DNA of 64,000 nt from positions 1 to 64,000 of IMG/VR virus record IMGVR_UViG_3300037418_002743; one strand, given 5' to 3'. The stretch's first letter is position 1. Each line of letters begins with the position of its first letter. The notes beneath the pieces are model-generated. The model saw nothing but the letters and a program-made list of their open reading frames with translations. It ran no database searches and was not told the origin of the DNA. The stretch is from a virus. Position numbers and translations under genes: made by a program. Shown here piece after piece: positions 35,861 to 45,080 of this stretch.

Positions 35861-36225
35861 CCGCTGATCGCCTTCCATCCGACGGCCGGGGTGAGGGTGC
35901 CGCCGTGGTCGAGCGCGGCGAGGATGTTCGCGGAGCGGGAGAAGCGGCGGGAGTAGCCGGTCATCCCGAGCTGCCGCACCTCATCGGCCCGCCGCCGGAG
36001 CCGGGCGACGTACTCGACCCGGAAGGACGGGTCGACGAACGCGCGGATCTCGTCGGTCTCGAGGTAGGCGTGCATCGCGTCCCGCTCCGCGTCCCGGTCG
36101 ATCTCGTCGCAGCGGGCGAGGAGCGCGGCCAGGGCGGCGCGGTGCTGGTTGAGCCGGTGCGCGAGGCGGTCGCACTCCGCGGCGAGCCGGGCCCGCTCCC
36201 CTGCCTGCTCCGCGGTCTCAGGCAT
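35857..36225 (-). CDS. Hypothetical protein
   Basis: Coupled ORF. Confidence 0.5.
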   Translation of the reverse strand: MPETAEQAGERARLAAECDRLAHRLNQHRAALAALLARCDEIDRDAERDAMHAYLETDEIRAFVDPSFRVEYVARLRRRADEVRQLGMTGYSRRFSRSANILAALDHGGTLTPAVGWKAISG

Positions 36226-36565
36226 CGAGGCTCGCCGCGTACTTGTCGAGGACGTCCTTCGGGATCCGGCCGCGCTCGGCGACCTTGATCCCGTGCTTCG
36301 ACGCCCACTCCCGGATCGCGGAGTTCGCCTCCCGGGAGGCCTGCACCTGCCGGTAGGTGCGGGCCGGCGGGGCGGCGGTGCGGCGGCGGCCGGAGCGGGT
36401 CCGGGCGGCGAGGATGTAGGGCTGCAGGATGTCCCGCAGCTGCCGGGCCTTCGGGGCGGCGAGGTCGATCTCGTAGGTCTTGCCGTCGACGCCGAACTCG
36501 ACGGTCTCGTCGGCGGCCTTCCCGTCGAGGTCGTCGACGAGGGTGATGCTGGTGACCTTGGCCAT
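36218..36565 (-). CDS. lsr2: Lsr2 nucleoid-associated protein
   Basis: MAKVTSITLVDDLDG..ETVEFGVDGKTYEIDL...IREWA..HG..VAERGRIP. Confidence 0.95.
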   Translation of the reverse strand: MAKVTSITLVDDLDGKAADETVEFGVDGKTYEIDLAAPKARQLRDILQPYILAARTRSGRRRTAAPPARTYRQVQASREANSAIREWASKHGIKVAERGRIPKDVLDKYAASLDA

Positions 36566-36843
36566 CAGGGCGGTCCTTTCGCTCAGGGGATGGGGTGAAG
36601 GTCGGCGGGGTCCCAGTCGTGCCAGGACTCCCCGGACCGGGAGCGGTGCCCGAGTGAGGGCGGGTGCGATGCCCCGCGACGGCACCGCTCCCGCGGCGCC
36701 CAGGGGCACTCCTGCCGGCACCGCGGGATCGGGGTGATCAGGGCGCGGACGGCCCAGGCGGTGAGCATCACCGCGCCCAGGGCGTAGGCGGCGCGGTCAC
36801 GCGGACCGAGGCGGCTCGACGAGCTCTCCGGCGGGGTCACGGG

Positions 36844-37665
36844 TCACGCAGCCGACGTGGAAGACGGCGACGACGCGGGACTCGCCGATGACGATCCCTC
36901 CGGGGATGTCCCGCTCGAGCTGGAGGGCGAGGGTGAAGTGGTCTTCGTCGAGTCGGGCGGGGTGGCCGCAGTGTCGGCAGTCCGCGACCGGTGGTGGTGC
37001 GTCTGGGTCGTCGGGGTCGAGCCCGACGTGGGGGTGGTGGGGCACGGGTCCTCCTGGCGCCGGTGGCGGCCGCGGTAGCCCTCCTGGGGGGCCCGGTCGG
37101 GGTCCCCTTCGGCGCGGGCGTGCCGCGGGCGGTGCCCGGTCGGCGCGGGTGACGGGGCGGGCTCCGGGGCCGGCGTGGGCTCTGCCGCGGGGGCGGGCTC
37201 GGCCGGGCGGGAGGTGCGCGCCGGGGTGGGTGCCGGCCGGGCGGGCGGCGCCTCAGGGAGCGCGGCGTCGTCCGCCCGGCGGCGTGCGGGAGCGGCGGGT
37301 GCTGCCGCTGTCGTGGTCTCCGGCGTGACCTGGGCGGCGCGGGTGATGAGCAGGACCGTGCCGGGCGCGGGCCGGCGGGTGCCGCCGGAGGTGACGACGC
37401 GGACGACGGCCTCCTGCGCCCGGGCGGTCCCGGTCGACACGGGCGGCGCGTCGGGGAGGGTGATCCCGGGGTAGGCGCCCGACGTGGTGGGCTCCGCGGA
37501 GGTCTGCGCGGCGTCGCGGGGCTGCGTGGTGATGAGGGTCGTGACGGCGATCCCGGCGAGGGCGACGGCGGTGACGACCGGGCCGGCGGTCGGGTGGCTC
37601 TTGGTGTGCCAGGTGTGCCGGCCGCGGGCGGCGCGGGTGTGGCGGAGACGGTGCCGGCCGCTCAC
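36844..37665 (-). CDS. Exported Pro/Ala-rich protein
   Basis: GRHR motif plus TM helix; low complexity. Confidence 0.5.
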   Translation of the reverse strand: MSGRHRLRHTRAARGRHTWHTKSHPTAGPVVTAVALAGIAVTTLITTQPRDAAQTSAEPTTSGAYPGITLPDAPPVSTGTARAQEAVVRVVTSGGTRRPAPGTVLLITRAAQVTPETTTAAAPAAPARRRADDAALPEAPPARPAPTPARTSRPAEPAPAAEPTPAPEPAPSPAPTGHRPRHARAEGDPDRAPQEGYRGRHRRQEDPCPTTPTSGSTPTTQTHHHRSRTADTAATPPDSTKTTSPSPSSSSGTSPEGSSSASPASSPSSTSAA

Positions 37666-37958
37666 GGGATCTTCACCTCCCGCGCGGAGAGCACGGTGCC
37701 GGCGCGGAGCACGGCCTCGTCCAGGGCGACGCGGGCCTCGACGATCGCGACGAGGGCGTGCGCGGCCTCGGTGTCGTGGCGGCCCGCGAGGACGGCCCAG
37801 TCGCACGTGTCGGCGAGGGCGCGGGTGAGCGGGTCGATCGCGGCGGCGACCTGGCCCTGCACGCCGAGGGCGCGGCGGACGGGGTCGGGGTGGTCGAGGA
37901 GGTAGCGGGCTGCCGGGCGGTCTTCGGCCGGCGGCATGGGGAAGTCGATCAGGCTCAT
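37662..37958 (-). CDS. Hypothetical protein
   Basis: CACTGCC-ATG start. Confidence 0.55.
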   Translation of the reverse strand: MSLIDFPMPPAEDRPAARYLLDHPDPVRRALGVQGQVAAAIDPLTRALADTCDWAVLAGRHDTEAAHALVAIVEARVALDEAVLRAGTVLSAREVKIP

Positions 37959-37993
37959 GGCAGTGGCCTTCGAGGGAGGGATGGGATGGAGGG

Positions 37994-38425
37994 TCATGCG
38001 ATGCGGGTGGACTCCCGCTCCCAGGCGGCCGCGAAGGAGGCGGCCCGGGGGTCGTTGGGGCGTCGCTCGGCGTGGACCGCGATGACGCGGCGGACCCCGT
38101 CGGGGGTGTGCCCGAGGGTGCGGGCGAAGCGCGAGGGGGGGTAGCCGAGGGTGAGCCCGAAGTGCTCCCACTCCTGGAGGATGTGGACCGCGTCCATGCC
38201 GCCGCCGAGCTTCGCGGCGGGACCGTCCTCGGGGTGAGCCTTCTTCTGGCGCGTCTCCTGGGTGGCGCGCTGGCATTGCTTGCACTGGTTACTGCTGCCG
38301 GGGAAGTGCTTGTTCACGCAGCGTCGCGTTTGGGTGCGTGAGCGGTGCATCGGCTTGTGGCACTTCGGGCACGTCGTGAGCGTGGCCTCGATACACGGGG
38401 CAGGGGCCAATTTGGGCGCGGTCAT
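37994..38425 (-). CDS. Zinc-finger + HTH-like protein
   Basis: CPKC and CKQC; FARTLGHTPDGVRRVI; CACTGCC-ATG start; promoter at 38489-38516. Confidence 0.55.
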   Translation of the reverse strand: MTAPKLAPAPCIEATLTTCPKCHKPMHRSRTQTRRCVNKHFPGSSNQCKQCQRATQETRQKKAHPEDGPAAKLGGGMDAVHILQEWEHFGLTLGYPPSRFARTLGHTPDGVRRVIAVHAERRPNDPRAASFAAAWERESTRIA

Positions 38426-38488
38426 GGCAGTGACCAGGCCTTTCCGTAGGGAGGGAAGGGGCGGATGGGGTATCGGACTGACTACTCT

Positions 38489-38516
38489 ATGTTACCGCGA
38501 TGTGCGGCGACGTCAA
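38489..38516 (-). promoter_or_regulatory. Operator-containing promoter
   Basis: TTGACG-16 nt (CCGCACATCGCGG)-TAACAT. Confidence 0.7.
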
Positions 38517-38701
38517 CGTTCTGTTCGGTGCTATCGACACTATAGGTGGACGCTATGTAATCCAACCTTTACGGTGCGCGGTGTCATGAGAGCCGTATCT
38601 ATTGCGACGCAGCAACCATCACCACGTGTGAGTGACAAGTCGGAGAGGTGACTCCGGGTCACTCCCCCGGCTTTGCGTGCACCCCGTCCGGTCATACGGT
38701 T

Positions 38702-38729
38702 ACCCTACCGTGTCGTGCGGTAGCGTCAA
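38702..38729 (-). promoter_or_regulatory. Operator-containing promoter
   Basis: TTGACG-16 nt (CCGCACGACACGG)-TAGGGT. Confidence 0.65.
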
Positions 38730-38755
38730 GTGATGATAATTCCGACTGATGCGGA

Positions 38756-38771
38756 TCGAACACGTGTTCGA
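38756..38771. promoter_or_regulatory. Perfect actinobacterial SOS (LexA) box
   Basis: TCGAAC-ACGT-GTTCGA abutting -10 TACAGT (38772-38777). Confidence 0.85.
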
Positions 38772-38783
38772 TACAGTGCTCGG

Positions 38784-39065
38784 GTGCCGCACCCGTACGA
38801 CGAGCGCGCCGCCGCCCAGCGGATCGCGGAGCGCGACTACCTCAACGAGGCCGCTCACCGGCTCCGCCGGCGGGCGATCGCCGACGGGTACGCAGGCATC
38901 CGCGGCCAGGACACCGCCCTTGCCTTCGCCGCGGCGATGGAGTCCTGCGCCCGCGGCTCCGACCCGCGAGGGGACCTCATGAGCGCAGCCCGCCGGATCC
39001 TCGAGGGACCCGACGGGCCGGGAGACGCACGCAGCGGAGGCGCCGCGCTCACGAAGGGCTGGTGA
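38784..39065 (+). CDS. Probable SOS-regulated leaderless hypothetical protein
   Basis: GTG 6 nt after the -10 box; opposite orientation to neighbours. Confidence 0.65.
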   Translation: MPHPYDERAAAQRIAERDYLNEAAHRLRRRAIADGYAGIRGQDTALAFAAAMESCARGSDPRGDLMSAARRILEGPDGPGDARSGGAALTKGW

Positions 39066-39453
39066 GCCGGTCCGCCCGGAGCCCGGGCAACGCCGGACAC
39101 TCCGTTGAGGTGATCCGCAGCTCCGCCGCCTGCACCCACCACTCCCACGCCGCCCGGTCCGGGATGCAGTAGTCCGTCATGATGTCGCCCTCCCGGTCGA
39201 GGACGTCGAGCACGGCATAGTGGTCGCGGCACCTGGATGCGTACGGGCCCGTCGTGGCCGACGCGGTCGACCAGTTCGAGCACCGCACCCCGGCCGCGCG
39301 GGACGCATCAAGCAGTCTCCCCACTGCGTCCAGCCCGGTCGTCTCCAGAACGGCGCGGTAGGCGATTCCGTGGCGCCGCCCGTGCTCCTGGCAGCCGCGG
39401 AAAGCGCCGAAGGTGTAGGCCGCGCGGCCCTCCTCGTTCAGGTCGCGGCTCAT
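39049..39453 (-). CDS. Hypothetical protein
   Basis: ATGA coupling. Confidence 0.5.
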   Translation of the reverse strand: MSRDLNEEGRAAYTFGAFRGCQEHGRRHGIAYRAVLETTGLDAVGRLLDASRAAGVRCSNWSTASATTGPYASRCRDHYAVLDVLDREGDIMTDYCIPDRAAWEWWVQAAELRITSTECPALPGLRADRLTSPS

Positions 39454-39710
39454 GACGCCATCCTGCCGGGCTTCTTGCCGACCGGCGGCCAGACGAGGCC
39501 GGCGCGGCGGAGGTCCGCGATCAGGTTCGCGACGCCGCGGTGATCGGAGTTCGTGCACGGGCACACCGCGACGATCCGGCCGCGCGGGTCCCGGATCCGG
39601 GGGTGCCCGCCGCCCTTGCTCGCGTCGACGGAGAAGCCCTTGCTGACGGCCTCTTGCACTACCCGGCGGGCGTCCTTGTCGCGGATGAGGCGGAGTCCGT
39701 GTCTGCTCAT
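39450..39710 (-). CDS. HicA-like protein
   Basis: GFSVDASKGGGHPRI...TNSDHRGVANLIADLRRAG. Confidence 0.65.
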   Translation of the reverse strand: MSRHGLRLIRDKDARRVVQEAVSKGFSVDASKGGGHPRIRDPRGRIVAVCPCTNSDHRGVANLIADLRRAGLVWPPVGKKPGRMAS

Positions 39711-40069
39711 CGGGCACCGCCGGCGGGGAGCGCGGGCTCCGCGCCGATGACGGAGCCGTCGACGACGGCCGGGTAGCCGTCGAGGCGGAGCCCCTCGACG
39801 AGGCGGGCGACGTCGTCCTCGGACCAGCAGACATGCTCGCGGGCGAACGCGAGGACGTCGGCCATCGTGCGGACCTCGTCGAGGTCGGCGGGGCCGCCGT
39901 ACTCCTCGAACGGGGAGGTGCAGGAGCAGCCGGTCGTCCAGCCGATGAAGTACCGGCCGGCGGCGTCGTCGGCGAAGATCGTGATCTGGTCGTACTCGTA
40001 GCCGCCGATGCGGTCGTGGTTCTTGTGGATCCGCAGGCCGTACTTCTCGGGGTTGAAGTAGAGGTTCAC
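39707..40069 (-). CDS. Hypothetical phage protein
   Basis: YEYD...GCSCTSPFE motif; promoter 40179-40206 and CTGCCA-hairpin leader. Confidence 0.7.
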   Translation of the reverse strand: MNLYFNPEKYGLRIHKNHDRIGGYEYDQITIFADDAAGRYFIGWTTGCSCTSPFEEYGGPADLDEVRTMADVLAFAREHVCWSEDDVARLVEGLRLDGYPAVVDGSVIGAEPALPAGGAR

Positions 40070-40276
40070 GTCTCTCCTCGGGAGGGAAGGGCCGCTGGCA
40101 GGCGGCTCTCTGTCTCTTGTCTACCCGGCGGCACCGACGGTTCCTCCGCCGACGCGCCGGGCCTTTCGTGGTATCTCCACCGTACCGTATGACGCGGCAT
40201 CGTCAACACTTATTAACAACGGTGCCGCCCCCGGCGGGTGCGGGGGCGGCGGGGAGCGGACGGTCCGGGCGCGGCC

Positions 40277-40468
40277 TCAGTGCCGCGCGAGTCGGGAGGC
40301 GAAGAGGTGGTGGTGCTTGACGGCGTGCACCGCGTGGCGGATGTGCTCGACGGTCTCGAAGTGCTCGGGGATCTCGACCAGCTCGAAGTGCAGGATCTCG
40401 ACGTGCAGGAGGTGGCCGAGGAGGAGGGTGGCCAGGAGGAGCAGGGCGGAGGCGATGCCGTTCGTCAT
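40277..40468 (-). CDS. Leaderless His-rich small protein (cassette)
   Basis: ATGACGAAC 6 nt after -10 TAGCTT; -35 TTGTAA at 40497-40502. Confidence 0.7.
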   Translation of the reverse strand: MTNGIASALLLLATLLLGHLLHVEILHFELVEIPEHFETVEHIRHAVHAVKHHHLFASRLARH

Positions 40469-40538
40469 GCCTTAAAGCTACCGCGCGGTGCGGTAGTTAC
40501 AAGGGAAGGCGACGGCTGAGAACGAAGAAAAAGCCTGG

Positions 40539-40787
40539 TCACAGCCCCCTTGACGGGAGCGGCCCATGCTCGTCCGCGTGCCCCCGCGCCGCCTCCGCGT
40601 CAGCGAAGCCGAAGCAGAACGCCGCCTCGACGTCCGGGCCCCGACTCCCCCGCCGCCGGCGCGGTGACGGAGCCTCGACCATCAGCACCCACATCCAGCG
40701 GGAGCCGTCCGGCTTCACCCCGAGCCAGTCGCCGGACGGGAGGTCCCGCCGCCAGTACCCCGGCCGGACCTCCCGCCAGTCGGTCAC
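40539..40787 (-). CDS. Hypothetical protein
   Basis: GTGA coupling. Confidence 0.5.
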   Translation of the reverse strand: MTDWREVRPGYWRRDLPSGDWLGVKPDGSRWMWVLMVEAPSPRRRRGSRGPDVEAAFCFGFADAEAARGHADEHGPLPSRGL

Positions 40788-41218
40788 GCGGGGCGGCCGT
40801 TGGCGTGCGACTCCCGCTCGAGCCGCTCCGCCGGCACGAGCTCCGCCTCCGAGTACGGGCGGCGCACAGCGGCGCGGCGGGCCTGCGCGGAGTGGTACTC
40901 GCGGAGGATCCGGGCCCGGTGCTCCCGGACCTCCGTCGGGAGCCAGTGCAGCTCGCAGGCGACGTTGAGCGGGATCCCCCGCGACTTCGCCCAGTTGGAG
41001 CATTCCGAAGGCCTGTGCGGCTCGTTGACGGAGCGGAGAGGGAGTTCCGGGTAGTGGTCACACTCGGGGCAGCACGGGGTGTGGTGCATCCCCGTGAGCC
41101 CCGAGAGGCATGCTGAGGGGAGCGACGCACACCCGGAGCAGGCCCGCAGGGTCGCGGCGGTCTCGGCGATGAGGATCGGGACGGCCGGCGCGGCGGGCGT
41201 CTCCTGGAGGACGGTCAT
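40784..41218 (-). CDS. Cys-rich hypothetical protein
   Basis: CACTGCC-ATG start; multiple Cys. Confidence 0.6.
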   Translation of the reverse strand: MTVLQETPAAPAVPILIAETAATLRACSGCASLPSACLSGLTGMHHTPCCPECDHYPELPLRSVNEPHRPSECSNWAKSRGIPLNVACELHWLPTEVREHRARILREYHSAQARRAAVRRPYSEAELVPAERLERESHANGRPA

Positions 41219-41300
41219 GGCAGTGGCCTTCTTCGGGAGGGAGTGAGGGGACGAAGAGGGCCCGGCGGCGGTTGGCAGACCGCGCCGGGCCCTTCGTGTG

Positions 41301-41507
41301 TCAGAGGCGGCGGGCGTTCATCCAGTCCGCGCCCCAGCGGGCGGAGCCCTCGGCGCAGAGTCGCAGCCACTGCTCGTTGTTGGTCGTGGCGACGGCGAGG
41401 GCGGCCTCGGAGCCGTCGGCGAAGGCGAGGTCCCGGGTCTCGGCGAGCCCGTCGGCCAGGGCTCCGGCCTCGGCGGCGGTGAGGTTCGCGGTCATCGTGT
41501 TCGTCAT
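41301..41507 (-). CDS. Leaderless small protein (cassette, MTNTMT...)
   Basis: TTGCAG-16 nt-TATGGT-6 nt-ATGACGAAC. Confidence 0.7.
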   Translation of the reverse strand: MTNTMTANLTAAEAGALADGLAETRDLAFADGSEAALAVATTNNEQWLRLCAEGSARWGADWMNARRL

Positions 41508-41547
41508 GTGTTCACCATACCGCGCGGTGCGGGAGCTGCAAGACCTT

Positions 41548-41904
41548 CTATCCGAGGATGTTCCGGCCGTCCGCATCCGCCTCGGCGAGGTAGCGCTGCA
41601 CGTCCTGGATCGCGTGCGCGGCGATGTCGAGGTCGAGGAGCCGACGCACCGGCTCCTTCTCCGCGTCGAGCGCGGCATCCGACACGGCCCGCACCGAGAC
41701 GCGCTCCATGCGGAGCAGGCGGGCCAGGGCGGCGTGTCCGCGCGTCGTCAGCTCCGCCTCGATGTCGACACGACGCCGGCGGGCGGACATCCGGCCCTCG
41801 GTGCGCAGGGAGTGAAGCTCGACGTCGTCGGCGGCCGCCTCCGCGGCGATCGCGGCCCGGTACTCGGCGACGGCGGCGGTGAGGGTGCGCACGGGTGCGG
41901 TCAC
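41548..41904 (-). CDS. Hypothetical helical protein
   Basis: CTGCCA hairpin + CCCTCCC + GAAGGAG leader. Confidence 0.6.
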   Translation of the reverse strand: MTAPVRTLTAAVAEYRAAIAAEAAADDVELHSLRTEGRMSARRRRVDIEAELTTRGHAALARLLRMERVSVRAVSDAALDAEKEPVRRLLDLDIAAHAIQDVQRYLAEADADGRNILG

Positions 41905-41992
41905 GGTGTTCTCCTTCGGGAGGGAAGACGGACGGCCGTGCTGGCAGGCGCGGCCCTCCGGGGTGAGCGTGAGCGGAATCGTGGGGAGTCGG

Positions 41993-42766
41993 CTATGACG
42001 CGGAGCGCACGTGAAGCTTCCCGTCCTCCCCGTGGACGAAGTGCCCGGACTCGCAGAGCTGGGCGATCACCGCGTCAATGCCGTCGGTGCGCTCCAGCAG
42101 GGTGGCGATCGCCGTCTTGCTCGTCCCGCCGTGCCACTCCCCCCGCTCGATCCGCTCCCTGATCTTCGCCACGGTCGCGGCGATGGCCCGCCGACGCTGC
42201 CCGCCGACGATCGCCGCGGCCTCCTCGAGCGACCGCGCCGGAGCGGGCCCGGGCTTCGTCTTGCGGTTGATGCGGTAGGTCTCGACCTGGCTGCGGAGCC
42301 AGTAGCCGTCGAGCACCGGGCGCGGGAAGCCGGTGTTGTCCCGGCCCGCCTTCCGGTCGGACTCCAGCTGGTAGACGCGCTGGCGGGTCACGCCCAGCTT
42401 CTCGGCGAACTCCGCGACGCTCACGACGTCCGGCATCGCGACGGCGTGGAGCCGCTGGGCCACTACCTCATCGGAGGTGAGCTCGACCTGATCCCAGCCG
42501 GTCACGCGGTAGCCGTGCCCGGCGAGGACGCCGACCAGGCAGTTCGCGGCGCGGGTGAGCCGACTGGGCAGCGCGGTGGGCGTGACCTCGTCGTCATCGT
42601 CAATGAGGACCTGGCCCTGCACGAGGTACGCGCCGTCCTGATCGTAGGAGCACATTCCGCCGATGAGCTGGGAGTCGGCAGCCCAGGCGCGGGACAGCGT
42701 CATGGCGGCGTCGGGGTGCATGGGGCGATCAAGGCGGACGCCGAGAGTCAGCGCGTGCGATGTCAT
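41993..42766 (-). CDS. HTH DNA-binding protein (AlpA/excisionase-like HTH)
   Basis: VSVAEFAEKLGVTRQRVYQL...FPRPV...W. Confidence 0.65.
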   Translation of the reverse strand: MTSHALTLGVRLDRPMHPDAAMTLSRAWAADSQLIGGMCSYDQDGAYLVQGQVLIDDDDEVTPTALPSRLTRAANCLVGVLAGHGYRVTGWDQVELTSDEVVAQRLHAVAMPDVVSVAEFAEKLGVTRQRVYQLESDRKAGRDNTGFPRPVLDGYWLRSQVETYRINRKTKPGPAPARSLEEAAAIVGGQRRRAIAATVAKIRERIERGEWHGGTSKTAIATLLERTDGIDAVIAQLCESGHFVHGEDGKLHVRSAS

Positions 42767-42873
42767 GTCAGCATCATCCGGTGTCGCTTTCACATCGTCA
42801 AGCCGGGCTAGGTGCCCGGTTAGGCTGGCCGGGCGGCCGGGGGAGGGTCCCACTCCCCCGACCGCCCGTTCCC

Positions 42874-43131
42874 TCAGTTCATCCCCGGGTCGGGATCGCT
42901 CCCGAGCACCGGCCCCAGCCGGAACCACCTCGGCCCTTCCGCCTCCGCGAAGGAGGCGATGGCTGCCGCAAGCAGCAGCTCAAGCGCCTCGTCCTCGAGG
43001 ACGATCCGGGGGAGGTGCCATGCCGTGCCGGGTACCGCCTTGCTCTGGATCACCAGGTCCTCCTCGTTGAGGTGGAAGGTGTATCCGCGAGCGCGGAGCC
43101 CGAGGACGAACTGATCGGCCAGCTCAGTCAC
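42874..43131 (-). CDS. Hypothetical protein
   Basis: GTG start with AGAGAGGAG RBS. Confidence 0.45.
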   Translation of the reverse strand: MTELADQFVLGLRARGYTFHLNEEDLVIQSKAVPGTAWHLPRIVLEDEALELLLAAAIASFAEAEGPRWFRLGPVLGSDPDPGMN

Positions 43132-43352
43132 TGAGCCGCTCCTCTCTGTTGAGTTATCGCTTACAAGAACTAACGTAAGTCTCGCGGGAGGGTCGCGCAA
43201 GACTTATCTACCGCGCTCTGCGGTAGCGTCCGCACCGTTGGATTGACGGGTAATTAGGACCATGACCTGCGTCAACCAGAGAGAGTCACCGCGTGAGGCC
43301 GGGCGGGTGATCCCGCACCTCCGTCGAGGGGACCGCCCGTCGCCGTCACCGC

Positions 43353-43634
43353 TCACCGGGCACGTTTGATCCCTGCCCGGTCCGCTACCGCCTCCCAGGA
43401 GTCCGCGTGCCCCTCCGCCTGCAGCGCCTGAGCGCGCCGGTAGAGCGCGACCTCGCGGTCCGCGGTCCTGTACTGCCGGGAGGCCGGATCCGCCCCGTCG
43501 CGGCGCGCTGTGGCGTCCCGGAGCCACTCCGCGATCCGCTCCGCCGGGTAGACGTGCGCGATGTTGAGCGCCTGCGCCTCCGCGGTGCGGGCCGCCCGCT
43601 CCGCCATGCGCTCCAGCGCGGTCTTCGCGGGCAT
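43353..43634 (-). CDS. Hypothetical protein
   Basis: TGATG coupling. Confidence 0.5.
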   Translation of the reverse strand: MPAKTALERMAERAARTAEAQALNIAHVYPAERIAEWLRDATARRDGADPASRQYRTADREVALYRRAQALQAEGHADSWEAVADRAGIKRAR

Positions 43635-43831
43635 CACGCGCCCCAGATCGCGACGGCGGAGGCCTCGACGAGGACGGTGTGCCGCCCGTCGGTCACGTAC
43701 ACGCAGCCCTCGTGGGCGTGCGAGTGCACCTCGACGGGCGTGCCGACCATGATCACGCCGTACTTCTCGCCGGGCCGGGCGATCATGATGTCCCGGGTGG
43801 TCTCCCCCGCGAGCATCACCGGCGCGCTCAT
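43634..43831 (-). CDS. Hypothetical protein
   Basis: ATGA coupling. Confidence 0.5.
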   Translation of the reverse strand: MSAPVMLAGETTRDIMIARPGEKYGVIMVGTPVEVHSHAHEGCVYVTDGRHTVLVEASAVAIWGA

Positions 43832-44058
43832 CGCGCACCCGCCGCCGGGTAGAGCCGCGCCATCGTCGTGTGCAGCTCTCCGCCGTGGTCGCGGAGGCTC
43901 AGGCGCGCGAGCTCCTGGACGCGGCCGGTGTGCGGGGACCGGATCGAGAAGACCGCCTCGATGACGACGGGGGCGGGCGCGCCGGAGGGCATGGTCCAGC
44001 CGAGCGGGAGCAGCGCCTCCCAGCGGGGGGCGTGCGGGTCGAGGTCGGTGAGCTGCAT
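43828..44058 (-). CDS. Hypothetical protein
   Basis: CTGCCA hairpin leader and GAAGGAG RBS. Confidence 0.6.
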   Translation of the reverse strand: MQLTDLDPHAPRWEALLPLGWTMPSGAPAPVVIEAVFSIRSPHTGRVQELARLSLRDHGGELHTTMARLYPAAGAR

Positions 44059-44125
44059 GACGGTCTCCTTCGGGGAGGGCCGGGCGCTGGCAGGCGCCCG
44101 GCCGGCGGGAGGGATGAGGGGCGTG

Positions 44126-44476
44126 TCAGGCGGGGTCGACGCCGTAGACGACGGCGCCCGGGTACTCGTCCTCGAACGCCTCTCGGGCGGCGAGGGAGTC
44201 GACCGCGGTCACGGTGGCGATGTCGCGGATGGTGCGGCCGCGGGAGGTCTCGGTGCGGTACCAGACGCGGTAGGGCCGGGGGCCGTTCGCGGCGGCGGCT
44301 CGCTCGGCGGCGGTGAGTTCGTCGGCGATGTGGCCGATCGCGAGGGCGCCGACGGTGCCGGAGGCGACGAGGGCGGCGGCGGTGGCGCGGGCGGCGGCGG
44401 TGGCGCGGAGGTCCTCGCGGAGCTGGGCGGCGGTGCGGGAGGGAAGGGCGGAGGTGGCAGCCTCGGGGTTCGTCAT
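44126..44476 (-). CDS. Leaderless small protein (cassette, MTNPEA...)
   Basis: TTGTGC-16 nt-TATGGT-6 nt-ATGACGAAC. Confidence 0.7.
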   Translation of the reverse strand: MTNPEAATSALPSRTAAQLREDLRATAAARATAAALVASGTVGALAIGHIADELTAAERAAAANGPRPYRVWYRTETSRGRTIRDIATVTAVDSLAAREAFEDEYPGAVVYGVDPA

Positions 44477-44816
44477 GCGTTAACCATACCGCATGACGCG
44501 GTGAGCACAAGGGTGGCGACACCATTGCCGTTCCCCTCCGCACGTCCGGCCCCCATCTCGGTCCGCTCGGAGGGGTGCCATGCCTCCGCCCTTAGGCTTC
44601 CTAGTACGGCGATCAGGAGGGCTCGGGACGGCGTCAGGACGGCCGTCCGCTACTGGTGCACACGCGATGAAGGAGGACGTCTCTCATGACCCACAGACGG
44701 GCCCGGGCCCCGGCCCGGACAGTGAGATCGGGACCGCCCTGGTCCGGCGATCCCGATCTCGGCAAGACGCTCATCGGCACGATCAACCAGGCAGTTTCTC
44801 GAACGGAGGTCTCGCG

Positions 44817-45080
44817 ATGGCGAGAGTACGCAAGGAAGTCAAGCGGGTCGTGGCGCGGCTCCGGCCCACGACGGAGGCGGGCCCGATCGGGTGGCCGGAC
44901 GTGGCCCTGGGCGTGATCGCCCTGCTCGGGCCGCTGCTCGCGACCAGCACGACGGACCCGGCGGCGACGGAGCGGCTCGTGCGGATCCTCCGCTGGGTGT
45001 GCGCGCTCGTCTTCCTGGGCGCGGTCGCCGTGCTGGCGTACCGGCTCCCCTTCGGCGAGCTGGTCACGCTCCTGACCTGA
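44817..45080 (+). CDS. Small two-TM membrane protein (opposite strand)
   Basis: RBS GGAGGT; two TM helices; hairpin at 45098-45134. Confidence 0.6.
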   Translation: MARVRKEVKRVVARLRPTTEAGPIGWPDVALGVIALLGPLLATSTTDPAATERLVRILRWVCALVFLGAVAVLAYRLPFGELVTLLT

